From positions 416,073 through 476,283 of the forward strand of contig CP054849.1 in the NCBI GenBank assembly GCA_044358425.1: a stretch of DNA of 60,211 nt. The letters run 5' to 3'. This DNA comes from Marine Group I thaumarchaeote (GTDB lineage Archaea > Thermoproteota > Nitrososphaeria > Nitrososphaerales > Nitrosopumilaceae). This document shows, one piece after another, positions 47,423 to 56,833 of this stretch. Numbering within the stretch: position 1 is the stretch's first letter; every line of letters starts with the position of its first letter. Under the pieces are notes generated by a model, which did not search any database, had not been told where the DNA came from, and saw only the letters and a list, made by a program, of their open reading frames with translations. Made by a program: the position numbers and the translations under genes.

Positions 47423-47683
47423 TTGATTTACATGGATGACAACAAAATTAATTTAGAAATTGAAAAAATTGCAAATCTAATGGTTCATGATGATGTATCT
47501 TCTGATGAACAGGATGTGACAAAATTAGAAAAATATAGAGATCAAATTAAAATTGATTTAAATGTTGATGATGAAGAAGCCATGAAACTTGTTTACGAAA
47601 CGTTAGTTTATAGAAAATTAAAAAGTTCAGATTCCAGTGACATGTTAGAAAAAGGCACTGATTTTGGTGCTGGATTTAGTTGA
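47423..47683 (+). CDS. Hypothetical protein
   Basis: 86-aa ORF. Confidence 0.65.
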   Translation: MIYMDDNKINLEIEKIANLMVHDDVSSDEQDVTKLEKYRDQIKIDLNVDDEEAMKLVYETLVYRKLKSSDSSDMLEKGTDFGAGFS

Positions 47684-47687
47684 CGAA

Positions 47688-47984
47688 TTATAACTGAACT
47701 GTATCAATATCGTCTTTTGAAACTCCTTTCCAAAGTCCCACCATTCCTTCTGGTTCAACTTCATCAACTTTAGTAATTTGTTGAATTTTTATGTGATCCG
47801 GATTTGGTGGCATCCACAACATTGCCATGTAATCACCAACATTTCCAACTTTAGTTGGTAATGCCATGGTGACTTTTTCACTTGTGAATCCTTTTGAGAT
47901 CAGAGCATTCATTGCTTTTTCTTTAAGATCCATTCTTCCGTGTAGGAACAAATAGACATCTTTTTGAGTATCAATTTCTGCCAT
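47688..47984 (-). CDS. Conserved hypothetical protein
   Basis: 98-aa ORF with genome-typical codons. Confidence 0.7.
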   Translation of the reverse strand: MAEIDTQKDVYLFLHGRMDLKEKAMNALISKGFTSEKVTMALPTKVGNVGDYMAMLWMPPNPDHIKIQQITKVDEVEPEGMVGLWKGVSKDDIDTVQL

Positions 47985-48072
47985 AACCAGATTAATTTGC
48001 TAAACTAAATCAATCTTTCCAGATCTATTGTCTTCCAAAAAGGGTTAAATTACAATAAACAAGATTTGAACT

Positions 48073-48366
48073 ATGAAAATATTCACTGTAGGCAGTAAAT
48101 CCTTTGTCACAAGTTTTCAATTGGCAGGCATTCCAGGAATAATTTCTGAAACTCCTGATTCTGCATTAACAGAAATAACAAAATTAACTGATGATTCTGA
48201 TGTGGGACTAGTTTTAGTCAGTGATGATATTACTGAATCTATTAACGATGAATTAACTGCACTTAGAGCACAAAAATCTACTCTTGTCTTTGCATTACCT
48301 GCAACTGGAAGTGAAAAAACTGAGGTTGATTATAGAGTAATGTTGAAAAAGATTCTTGGTGTTTAA
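48073..48366 (+). CDS. atpF: A/V-type ATP synthase subunit F
   Basis: MKI..VG....VT.FQLAGI.G, DVGLVLVS, C-terminal LKKILGV. Confidence 0.88.
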   Translation: MKIFTVGSKSFVTSFQLAGIPGIISETPDSALTEITKLTDDSDVGLVLVSDDITESINDELTALRAQKSTLVFALPATGSEKTEVDYRVMLKKILGV

Positions 48367-48403
48367 TCTAATCTACTTATACTCAATTTCTTAAAGTTAT
48401 ACT

Positions 48404-49432
48404 ATGAAAACCGCATCAGTGAAAGGTCCATCAATTATTTCCGTTGATGAAACTTCAAAACCCCAATTGAATTCTGGTGATATTTTAGTTCAAATGCATG
48501 CATGTGGAATTTGTGGTTCTGATTTGGAAAAAGTATTTGGGCAATATGGTCAACCATCAATGCGATTGGGTCATGAACCTGCAGGAGTTGTTATAGATGT
48601 AGCATCTGATGTTGTAGATTTTAAAAAAGGTGATAGAGTATTCACTCACCATCATGTTTCTTGTTATGATTGTCATTTTTGTAATCATGGAAATGAAACA
48701 ATGTGCAAAAAATATTCTGAAACTAATTTGTCTCCTTGTGGCTTATCTGAAGAATATGTTGTACCTGCTTGGAACGTTTCACATGGTGGTGTTTTAAAAA
48801 TTTCTGATTCTATAAGTTTTGAAGAAGCTGCAATGATTGAACCTTTAGCATGTTGCGTAAGAGCTTGGAAAAAATGTGAGTATAATGAAGGTGACTCAAC
48901 TGCAATTTTTGGAGTTGGTCCAACTGGAATGATGCATGTAATGCTTGCTCAGGCAAAAAAGTTTTCTAAAATATTTTGTTTTGATGTAAATGATTTTAGA
49001 TTAGATTTTGCAAAAAAATTCAACATAACTGAATCTATTTCTTCAATAGATGAAAATAGAAAACAGAAAATTTTAGATCAAACTAACAATTTGGGTGTTG
49101 ATGTAGCAATTGTTGCAACTAGTAGCCTAAAAGCTCTTGAAGATGCAATTGATATGGTTAGAAAAGGAGGTACTGTAATGATGTTTGGTGTTCCTTCTAA
49201 AGGTGCTATGATTGATTTAGATATGAGCAAAGTTTACTCTAAAGAAATTACGCTTGTAACAAGCTATGCTGCATCTGATGATGATACTAAAGCAGCACTT
49301 GAATTAATTGAATCATCTAAAATTGATGTAAAACAATTGATTACTCATACTTATTCTATATCTGATACCCAAAAAGCATTTGACCATGCAAAAACTGGTG
49401 ATAACGCAATGAAGATTATCATTACAAAATAA
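48404..49432 (+). CDS. Zinc-dependent alcohol/polyol dehydrogenase (MDR family)
   Basis: CGICGSD, LGHEPAG, CYDCHFC..C, EPLAC, GVGPTG. Confidence 0.92.
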   Translation: MKTASVKGPSIISVDETSKPQLNSGDILVQMHACGICGSDLEKVFGQYGQPSMRLGHEPAGVVIDVASDVVDFKKGDRVFTHHHVSCYDCHFCNHGNETMCKKYSETNLSPCGLSEEYVVPAWNVSHGGVLKISDSISFEEAAMIEPLACCVRAWKKCEYNEGDSTAIFGVGPTGMMHVMLAQAKKFSKIFCFDVNDFRLDFAKKFNITESISSIDENRKQKILDQTNNLGVDVAIVATSSLKALEDAIDMVRKGGTVMMFGVPSKGAMIDLDMSKVYSKEITLVTSYAASDDDTKAALELIESSKIDVKQLITHTYSISDTQKAFDHAKTGDNAMKIIITK

Positions 49433-49478
49433 GAAAGGCTTAAGAAAGGTATTTTTTTTATTTCAAAATCGAAGAGAA

Positions 49479-50339
49479 ATGGAATGGGGATTACAAAATA
49501 GATTATCTAGAATTATCAAACCTCATAATAATCGTGCATTAATGTTAGCTGTTGATCATGGGTATTTTTTAGGTCCAACTGAAAAACTTGAAAATCCAAA
49601 AAAAGTGATTGCACCTTTACTAAAACACTGTGATTCTTTAATGCTTACAAGAGGAGTTCAAAGAACTTCTGTTGATCCAGCTTCAGAAACTCCAATGGTT
49701 TTGAGAGTTTCTGGCGGTTCTAGTATTATTGGAGATGATTTATCTCAAGAAGATATTACAGTTTCAATTGAAGAAGCACTTCGTTTGAATGCAAGTTGTG
49801 TTGCAATGTCTATCTTTGTTGGTTCAAAATATGAATACCAAACAATTGTAAATTTGGGTAAATTAGTTAATGAGGCCGAAAAATATGGAATGCCTGTTTT
49901 GGCAGTTACTGCTGTTGGTAAAGAATTAGGAAAAGATGCAAGATATCTTTCATTAGCATGTAGAGTTGCTGCAGAGCAAGGTGCACATATTGTTAAAACA
50001 TATTATTGTGATAATTTCGAAAAAGTAGTTGAATCTTGCCCAGTTCCAATAATTGTTGCAGGTGGAAAGAAAATTCCTGAACGAGATGCCTTGCAATTAA
50101 CATACAATGCAATCAAAGCAGGTGCAGTTGGTCTTGATATGGGTCGAAATATCTGGCAATCTGAACATCCTGTTGCAATGATCAAAGCAGCACGCTCAAT
50201 TATTCATGGAAATTCTAATGTTGAACAAGCATATGCTCTTTACAAAAAATTAGCTGCAAATGACAAATCAAAAAAACCAAATCCTAATCAAAAGAAAAAC
50301 AAATCAAAAAAACCAAATCCTAATCAAAACAAAAAATAA
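49479..50339 (+). CDS. lsrF: LsrF-like class I aldolase/thiolase (DhnA family)
   Basis: WG.QNRLSRI, LAVDHGYFLGPT, LRVSGG, VKTYY, AGGKK, DMGRNIWQ. Confidence 0.8.
   Translation: MEWGLQNRLSRIIKPHNNRALMLAVDHGYFLGPTEKLENPKKVIAPLLKHCDSLMLTRGVQRTSVDPASETPMVLRVSGGSSIIGDDLSQEDITVSIEEALRLNASCVAMSIFVGSKYEYQTIVNLGKLVNEAEKYGMPVLAVTAVGKELGKDARYLSLACRVAAEQGAHIVKTYYCDNFEKVVESCPVPIIVAGGKKIPERDALQLTYNAIKAGAVGLDMGRNIWQSEHPVAMIKAARSIIHGNSNVEQAYALYKKLAANDKSKKPNPNQKKNKSKKPNPNQNKK
50263..50329 (+). repeat. 31-bp direct repeat (period 36) encoding KSKKPNPNQ twice
   Basis: ACAAATCAAAAAAACCAAATCCTAATCAAAA at 50263 and 50299. Confidence 0.9.
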
Positions 50340-50346
50340 TTAAAAA

Positions 50347-50760
50347 TTATTGATCAATTTTTGACAAATGAATGTGTGCAATTTTCCATGTTGGTTGCTT
50401 AACTAAAACAAATGTGGCTCGTCCGTTAATTATCATGTGTTCCCCTGTGTATGCTTTATTGTCTACTAGCATTCCTTTTTGCATTAATTCTAAAGCTACA
50501 ATTGCAAAATTTTCAAAAATACTAATTTTTGGATTTTTTATTTCGTAATCATAATCTGAAATACTAATGAATCTTAATTCTTCTAATTCAATTGTAGTTT
50601 GATAGTCTTTTAGATCATAAGGTGGTAAATCACTAAAACTTGAAAATTTTGGATCATCTAAATGAATTTCTCTTAGTTTGCTAAGATCTTTGGTAATTCC
50701 TGATTGAAATAATGTTTCAATTATTTTGATAATTTCTTCGTTATCTGTCAAAATGTTCAT
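50347..50760 (-). CDS. NTF2/SnoaL-like fold protein
   Basis: C-terminal GRATFVLVK..WKIAHIHLS signature. Confidence 0.8.
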   Translation of the reverse strand: MNILTDNEEIIKIIETLFQSGITKDLSKLREIHLDDPKFSSFSDLPPYDLKDYQTTIELEELRFISISDYDYEIKNPKISIFENFAIVALELMQKGMLVDNKAYTGEHMIINGRATFVLVKQPTWKIAHIHLSKIDQ

Positions 50761-50896
50761 TTAAAATCTAAAAATTATCTGTTTAAGTCTATCTGACTAA
50801 AATTATTTTTCATTTTCTTGTTGATTGCCCTTGTTAATGATGCAAATTAGTTAGATTTTTTGGATTTATGCCTAAAATTTTGATACATTTTAAATT

Positions 50897-52609
50897 ATGG
50901 AGAAAAATTTAATCAATATTATGGAAAATATGACTGGTGCAAAAGCCTTGATGACTGCAATGGAAAAAGAAGGTGTCAAAGAGGTATTTGGATTACCTGG
51001 TGGAGCAAACCTTCCAATGTATGATGAATTTTCACGATGTGATATTAGACATATCTTAGTACGTCACGAACAATCTGCATCACACATGGCTGATGGTTTT
51101 GGCCGTGTTAGTAGAAAACCTGGAGTTTGTTTTGCAACTTCTGGACCTGGTGCCACAAATATCTTAACTGGGATAGCAACTGCTCAAGCAGATTCAGCAC
51201 CTATGATTGCAGTAACTGGACAAGTTCCTGTTGCAATGATAGGGAAAGATGCATTTCAAGAAAGTGATATTATTGGAATGGCAAATCCTGTTGTCAAATA
51301 TGCTTTTCAACCTAGAACTCCTGGAGAAGTTCCAGAAGTAGTAAAAAAGGGATTTTACATTGCAGAAACTGGTAGACCTGGACCTGTATTAATTGACGTT
51401 CCAAAAGATGTTCAACAAAATGAAGCTCCAATGAATTTTCCTGATGAGTTTAAAATTCAAGGATATCATCCTTGGACGGATCCTGACATTATTGCTTGTG
51501 AAAAAGCAATTGAAATGTTACTTAATTCTGAAAAACCAATTATTTTAGCTGGTGGTGGAACTATTATTTCATCAGCATTTGCTGAATTACAATCTATTGC
51601 TGAAACCTTAATGCTTCCTGTAGTTACAACTTTCAAAGGTAAAGGTGCATTTCCAGAAAACCATCCATTATCACTAGGTCCAATTGGAATGCATGGTCAT
51701 GCTGAAGCAAATAAAATGATGGCTGAAGCTGATTGTGTTTTGGCAATTGGAACAAGATTTTCTGATAGGTCTGTTGGAACCTTTGAGGCTTTTGAAAAAC
51801 GATTAAAAATTATTCATATGGATGTTGATCCTGCTGAAATTGGTAAAAACCAAACAACCAATTTAGCTGTTGTTGGTGATGTTCGTACTTCACTTAGAAT
51901 TATGGTAAAATTACTTTTGCAAAAACAAATCAAAAAAACTGAAGAATCTGTTTGGTTCAAACATGTTAGAGAAACTAAAGAATATTGGCAAGAAAATTTG
52001 AAACTTCATCCAGGTGAAATGGGTGCAGCAAAAATTCTCAGAAAATTAAGAGAAGTATTGCCAAAAGAATCCATTATCACTACTGAAGTTGGCCAACATC
52101 AAATGTGGGCTTCATTATTTTATGATGTAATTCAACCTGGAACTTTCTTTAGTTCTACAGGACTTGGTACAATGGGTTGGGGTTTTCCTGCATCTATTGG
52201 AGCAAAAGTCGCTAGACCTGATGTTCCAGTTGTTGATATCGCAGGGGATGGAAGTTTTAGTATGACTGAAAATTCTCTTGCAACTGCAGTATTGGAAGAT
52301 ATTCCTGTAATTGTATTTGTTTTGAATAATTCAACATTGGGTATGGTAGCTCAATGGCAAAGAACATTTTATGATAGAAGAATGGTTGGTGTGGATCAAG
52401 GCGGTTGTCCTGATTATGTTAAATTAGCAGAATCTTATGGAGCTCAAGGAATCAGAGCACAATCCATGGATGAATTGGATAAGGCAATTAAATCTGCAAT
52501 TAGCAGTGAAGTAGCTACAGTTATTGATATTCCAATTGACCCTGAAGAAGATGTATTACCATTTGTTGCTCCTGGAACTTCGTTATCGGATATGATTTTA
52601 CCTTCTTAG
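50897..52609 (+). CDS. ilvB: Acetolactate synthase large subunit
   Basis: FGLPGGA, RHEQ, TSGPGATN, DAFQE, GQHQMW, GDGSF TPP motif. Confidence 0.96.
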   Translation: MEKNLINIMENMTGAKALMTAMEKEGVKEVFGLPGGANLPMYDEFSRCDIRHILVRHEQSASHMADGFGRVSRKPGVCFATSGPGATNILTGIATAQADSAPMIAVTGQVPVAMIGKDAFQESDIIGMANPVVKYAFQPRTPGEVPEVVKKGFYIAETGRPGPVLIDVPKDVQQNEAPMNFPDEFKIQGYHPWTDPDIIACEKAIEMLLNSEKPIILAGGGTIISSAFAELQSIAETLMLPVVTTFKGKGAFPENHPLSLGPIGMHGHAEANKMMAEADCVLAIGTRFSDRSVGTFEAFEKRLKIIHMDVDPAEIGKNQTTNLAVVGDVRTSLRIMVKLLLQKQIKKTEESVWFKHVRETKEYWQENLKLHPGEMGAAKILRKLREVLPKESIITTEVGQHQMWASLFYDVIQPGTFFSSTGLGTMGWGFPASIGAKVARPDVPVVDIAGDGSFSMTENSLATAVLEDIPVIVFVLNNSTLGMVAQWQRTFYDRRMVGVDQGGCPDYVKLAESYGAQGIRAQSMDELDKAIKSAISSEVATVIDIPIDPEEDVLPFVAPGTSLSDMILPS

Positions 52610-52617
52610 TGATAATT

Positions 52618-53100
52618 ATGTGGGCTATTCTCTCTGTTTTAGTTGAAAACAAACCAGGTGTGTTGTTTAAGATTACGCATCTTTTTAGATCCAGAAATTT
52701 CAATATTGATAGTATTTCTGTAGGAATAACTGACAATCCAGATTATTCTAGAATGACTATTACCTCATATGGAGATGAAAAACAAATTGAACAAATTGTC
52801 AAGCAACTAGATAAAATGATTGATACTGTTGAGGTAAAACATTTGGATGAGCACAAAACAGTTTTTCGTGAACTATGTATTTTTAAGTTAAAACTAAGTA
52901 ATGCTAATGATAGCATGGAAGTAAACAAATTGGCAAATGCATATGGTGGAAAAGTACATGATGTGAAAAAGGATTCAATTATGGTTGAGATAACTTCTAC
53001 TCCAGATCAAATTAAAGCATTTGAAGAATTAGCAAAACCATTTGGAATAATTGATGTTGCACGAACCGGTGTTACTGCTTTGCAAAGGAGCGGAGCTTGA
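52618..53100 (+). CDS. ilvN: Acetolactate synthase small subunit
   Basis: ACT domain LSVLVENKPGVL..LF..RNFNIDSISVG; ARTG; ATG at 52618. Confidence 0.94.
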   Translation: MWAILSVLVENKPGVLFKITHLFRSRNFNIDSISVGITDNPDYSRMTITSYGDEKQIEQIVKQLDKMIDTVEVKHLDEHKTVFRELCIFKLKLSNANDSMEVNKLANAYGGKVHDVKKDSIMVEITSTPDQIKAFEELAKPFGIIDVARTGVTALQRSGA

Positions 53101-54611
53101 AAGTAAGAATTTTTGATACAACATTAAGAGATGGAGAACAAACTGTTGGCGTTTCTTTATCCCCAGATCAAAAATTATCTATTGCAAAAAAATTAGATGA
53201 ACTTGGAGTTGATGCAATAGAAGCTGGATTTCCAGTAATCTCTGAAGGTGAATCTAAAGCAGTAAAGATGATCACTAGTGAAGGTTTATCTTGTGAAATT
53301 GCAGGATTGACTAGAACCATAAAAGGAGATATTGACGCTGCAGTTGATTCTGGATTAAACTATATCCATACATTCATTGCAACTTCTGATATTCACTTAC
53401 AATACAAACTTCAAATGACAAGAGAACAAGCACTTGAAAAAGCAATTGAAGCAGTTGAATACGGAAAATCTCGTGGATTACAAGTTGAATTTTCAGCTGA
53501 AGATGCAACTAGAACCGATAGGGATTTCTTGAAACAAGTTTTTGGTGATGTTGCAAAAGCTGGAGCTGATAGAATTGATATTCCTGACACTGTTGGATAT
53601 TCTACTCCTGAATATATTGCAGAAATTACAAAAGATGCAATTGCTGCAACACAACTTCCTGTAAGTGTTCATTGTCATAATGACTTTGGATTGGCTGTTG
53701 CAAATGCATTATCTGGAATTCATGTTGGTGCTGCATGTGCACATGTAACAATTAATGGGATTGGAGAACGTGCTGGAAATGCCTCTTTAGAAGAACTTTC
53801 TATGGCATTACAATGTCTTCCACAAGATCAAAAATATGAAACAAATATCAAATCAGAATTAATTTACGATACTTCTCGATATATCTCAAAAATTGTTGGA
53901 ATTAAAGTCCAACCAAACAAGGCCATAGTTGGTGATAATGCATTTGGACACGAATCTGGTATTCATACTCACGGTGTCTTGAATAATCCTCTTACTTACG
54001 AACCAATTAGTCCTGAATTAGTTGGTAGAACAAGACAACTTCGAATCGGAAAACATGCTGGAATTCATGGAATGAATGCTATGCTTGAAGAATTTGGAGT
54101 AAAAACTACTGATGATCAATCCAAACAAATTCTTGAAAAAATTAAAGTGCTTGGTGATCAAGGACAACAAATCACTGATGTTGAATTATTATCAATTGCA
54201 AGTGATGTTTTAGGTGAAAAAGGAATAAAGAAAATTGTTCAACTATCAGCATTTTCCGTTTCAACCGGTATTGGAATAATGCCATATGCATTTGTAAAAT
54301 TAAATATTGATGGGGAAGATTTCATTGGAACTGATTATGGTGTAGGTCCTGTTGATGCTGCATTAAATGCCATTCAAAAAATTACTGGAAAGGTTTCAGA
54401 ATTAAAAATTACCGACTATAGGTTGGCATCTATATCCGGTGGTGCTACCGCATTATGTGAAGTAACAATCACTGTTGAGGATCCTCAAGGAAATTCTGTT
54501 TCAGCAAAATCTATTGGCGAAGATATTGTTACTACAAGTGTAAAAGCTGTTATTGACGGAATCAATAGAATCATGCTTAAAAATATGCTCAAGGAAAAAC
54601 AGTTAAACTGA
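53097..54611 (+). CDS. leuA: 2-isopropylmalate synthase (LeuA/CimA family)
   Basis: DTTLRDGEQ, HCHNDFG, GERAGNA, HESGIH, C-terminal regulatory GPVDA; operon context; citramalate synthase not excluded. Confidence 0.85.
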   Translation: MKVRIFDTTLRDGEQTVGVSLSPDQKLSIAKKLDELGVDAIEAGFPVISEGESKAVKMITSEGLSCEIAGLTRTIKGDIDAAVDSGLNYIHTFIATSDIHLQYKLQMTREQALEKAIEAVEYGKSRGLQVEFSAEDATRTDRDFLKQVFGDVAKAGADRIDIPDTVGYSTPEYIAEITKDAIAATQLPVSVHCHNDFGLAVANALSGIHVGAACAHVTINGIGERAGNASLEELSMALQCLPQDQKYETNIKSELIYDTSRYISKIVGIKVQPNKAIVGDNAFGHESGIHTHGVLNNPLTYEPISPELVGRTRQLRIGKHAGIHGMNAMLEEFGVKTTDDQSKQILEKIKVLGDQGQQITDVELLSIASDVLGEKGIKKIVQLSAFSVSTGIGIMPYAFVKLNIDGEDFIGTDYGVGPVDAALNAIQKITGKVSELKITDYRLASISGGATALCEVTITVEDPQGNSVSAKSIGEDIVTTSVKAVIDGINRIMLKNMLKEKQLN

Positions 54612-54633
54612 ATTTGATTATTGATGTGATGAT

Positions 54634-55647
54634 ATGTATAAGATTTCATTAATTACTGGTGATGGAATAGGTCCTGAACTATCTGATTCTGCAATTTCAG
54701 TATTGAACACAATTCAGGAAAAATATGGAATTGAATTTGAAATTTCTAAATTAGTTGCTGGAGATAAAGCTCTTGAACAAACAGGAAAAGCACTACCTGA
54801 TGATGTAGTTGAAACAATAAAAAATTCTGATGTGTGTCTTAAAGCCCCAGTAGGTGAAAGTGCAGCTGATGTTATTGTTGTTTTAAGAAGAATGCTTGAT
54901 CTTTATGCAAATATTCGACCTTCAAAATCATACCCTCACATGCCTGCATTACGTGATGATATTGATATGGTGATAGTTCGAGAAAATACTGAAGATCTTT
55001 ACACTGGCAAAGAATTTAGTCTAGGGGACTCTGCAGTTGCTTTGAGAATTATTTCTGAAGCTGCGTCAAAAAGAATTGCAAAATATGCATTTGAAACTGC
55101 AAAACAACGTAATTCTATGAAAAAAGTGACATGTGTTCATAAATCTAATGTCATGCGTGTCACTGATGGATTATTTGCAAAGGCATGTATTGAAGTTTCA
55201 AAAGATTATCCTGAAATTAAATTTGAAGAAATGTATGTTGATGCATGTGCAATGAATTTAATTCGTCAACCTGAAAAATTTGATGTTGTAGTAACTACTA
55301 ATCTCTTTGGTGATATTTTGTCTGATGAATCTTCTCAAGTAGTTGGTGGTTTAGGTATGGCACCAGCAGCAAATCTTGGTGATGCTTTTGCATTGTTTGA
55401 ACCTGTTCATGGTGCAGCATTTGATATTGCTGGACAAAATATTGCAAACCCTTCATCATTTTTACTTTCAATTAAAATGATGCTTGATTGGCTTGGTGCA
55501 AAACACAATGATCCAAAGTGTTTTGAAATGGCAAAAAAACTAGAATCTACTATTTTTGATTTAGTAAAAACTGGAATTAAAACAAAAGATATTGGTGGTG
55601 ATAAGACAACTACTGAATTTACAAAACAAATTACTGATAATCTATAA
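54634..55647 (+). CDS. leuB: 3-isopropylmalate dehydrogenase
   Basis: GDGIGPE, YANIRP, RENTEDLY, NLFGDILSD, EPVHGAAFDIAG; operon context. Confidence 0.88.
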   Translation: MYKISLITGDGIGPELSDSAISVLNTIQEKYGIEFEISKLVAGDKALEQTGKALPDDVVETIKNSDVCLKAPVGESAADVIVVLRRMLDLYANIRPSKSYPHMPALRDDIDMVIVRENTEDLYTGKEFSLGDSAVALRIISEAASKRIAKYAFETAKQRNSMKKVTCVHKSNVMRVTDGLFAKACIEVSKDYPEIKFEEMYVDACAMNLIRQPEKFDVVVTTNLFGDILSDESSQVVGGLGMAPAANLGDAFALFEPVHGAAFDIAGQNIANPSSFLLSIKMMLDWLGAKHNDPKCFEMAKKLESTIFDLVKTGIKTKDIGGDKTTTEFTKQITDNL

Positions 55648-55688
55648 ATTTACCAAATTTTATTAATTGCAAATTTTAGTCATTAAAC

Positions 55689-55820
55689 ATGGTAGTTTGC
55701 TGTATTTGTAAAATTGCACCTGGAACTTTAAAGATCAAAGATGGTAATCCAAAGTATAAGGGAAAACCTGTTTGCAAAGAATGTGAAGGTTACCGAAAAC
55801 TTTTGAAAGAAACCAAATAA
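55689..55820 (+). CDS. 43-aa zinc-finger microprotein (not in the ORF track)
   Basis: MVVCCICKIAPGTLKIKDGNPKYKGKPVCKECEGYRKLLKETK; CxxC..CxxC. Confidence 0.7.
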   Translation: MVVCCICKIAPGTLKIKDGNPKYKGKPVCKECEGYRKLLKETK

Positions 55821-55884
55821 TCTGATTTTTTGGACTTTATTAGGCACAATAATGCTTATCTAAACGGACTTGTGATGTTCTATA

Positions 55885-56640
55885 ATGGGATTCTTAGATA
55901 GATTTAGCCATACATTTGACAAACAAGGCTATGATCTTGATGGATATGATAGAGATGGATTTTCTAAAAGTGGATACAACAAAAAAGGATATGACAAAAA
56001 TGGATTTGATAGAAATGGGTATGACAAAAAAGGATATGATAAACGAGGATATGACCGAAAAGGATTTGATAAAAAAGGATATGACAAAAATGGTTTCAAA
56101 GAAGGATATGATGAAGATGGATTTGATTTTAAGGGTTTCAACAAAGATGGATACAACAAAAAAGGATATAACAAAAAAGGATACAACAAAGATGGATATG
56201 ATAATCGAGGTTTCTCGATAGATGGGATACACATTGACACAAAAAACCCTTTTGATACAAATGGTTACAACAAAAAAGGATATGACAAAAATGGTTTCAA
56301 CAAAGATGGTTACAACAAAAATGGTTTCAACAAAGATGGTTACAACAAAAATGGTTTCAACAAAGATGGCTATGACTTAGATGGTTACAACAAAAATGGT
56401 TACAGTATAGATGGTTACGACAAAGATGGATATGATTCAAATGGATTTGATGCAAATGGATATGGTGAAACAGGTTACAACAAAGATGGATATGATTCAA
56501 ATGGATTTGATGAAGATGGATATGATTCAAATGGATTTGATGAAGATGGATATGATCATCTGGGATATGACAAAGATGGTTACAACCAAGAAGGATATAA
56601 CAAATATAATAAAAACAAAAACGAAATGGAAACTGATTAA
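55885..56640 (+). CDS. G[YF][DN]xx pentapeptide-repeat protein (about 44 units)
   Basis: Nearly the whole 251 aa is GYDKN/GFNKD-type units, with one GIHIDTKNPFD insertion. Confidence 0.85.
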   Translation: MGFLDRFSHTFDKQGYDLDGYDRDGFSKSGYNKKGYDKNGFDRNGYDKKGYDKRGYDRKGFDKKGYDKNGFKEGYDEDGFDFKGFNKDGYNKKGYNKKGYNKDGYDNRGFSIDGIHIDTKNPFDTNGYNKKGYDKNGFNKDGYNKNGFNKDGYNKNGFNKDGYDLDGYNKNGYSIDGYDKDGYDSNGFDANGYGETGYNKDGYDSNGFDEDGYDSNGFDEDGYDHLGYDKDGYNQEGYNKYNKNKNEMETD

Positions 56641-56732
56641 AAGATTTTGTGTTTGAATGTACTGAACAAACTTAACCATGAACTATGTTTTCTGTTTGAG
56701 TCATTTACGTCATTAATAATCTCAATTTTTAG

Positions 56733-56751
56733 TTATTAAGCATCTTAATAA
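56733..56751. promoter_or_regulatory. 8-3-8 palindrome upstream of the metal-binding protein gene (candidate metalloregulator box)
   Basis: TTATTAAG-CAT-CTTAATAA; related TTATTAA half-sites nearer the start codon. Confidence 0.3.
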
Positions 56752-56833
56752 TTTTTAATAATTAATTGGTTTTAGTATATATTCTATTATTAACATTTTA
56801 CACATTTATTAATAACATTTTGAGAATTTAGGC

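Noticed and set aside
48073-48366. Isolated ATP synthase F subunit as a sign of rearrangement
   Set aside because: Split A-ATPase gene clusters are commonplace in TACK archaea, and no mobile-element scars are visible
55894-56656. Repetitive ORFs in other frames, and a possible CRISPR array
   Set aside because: The 15/30-nt periodicity is codon-level, with synonymous variation and no unique spacers; the other frames are shadows of the GYDxx protein
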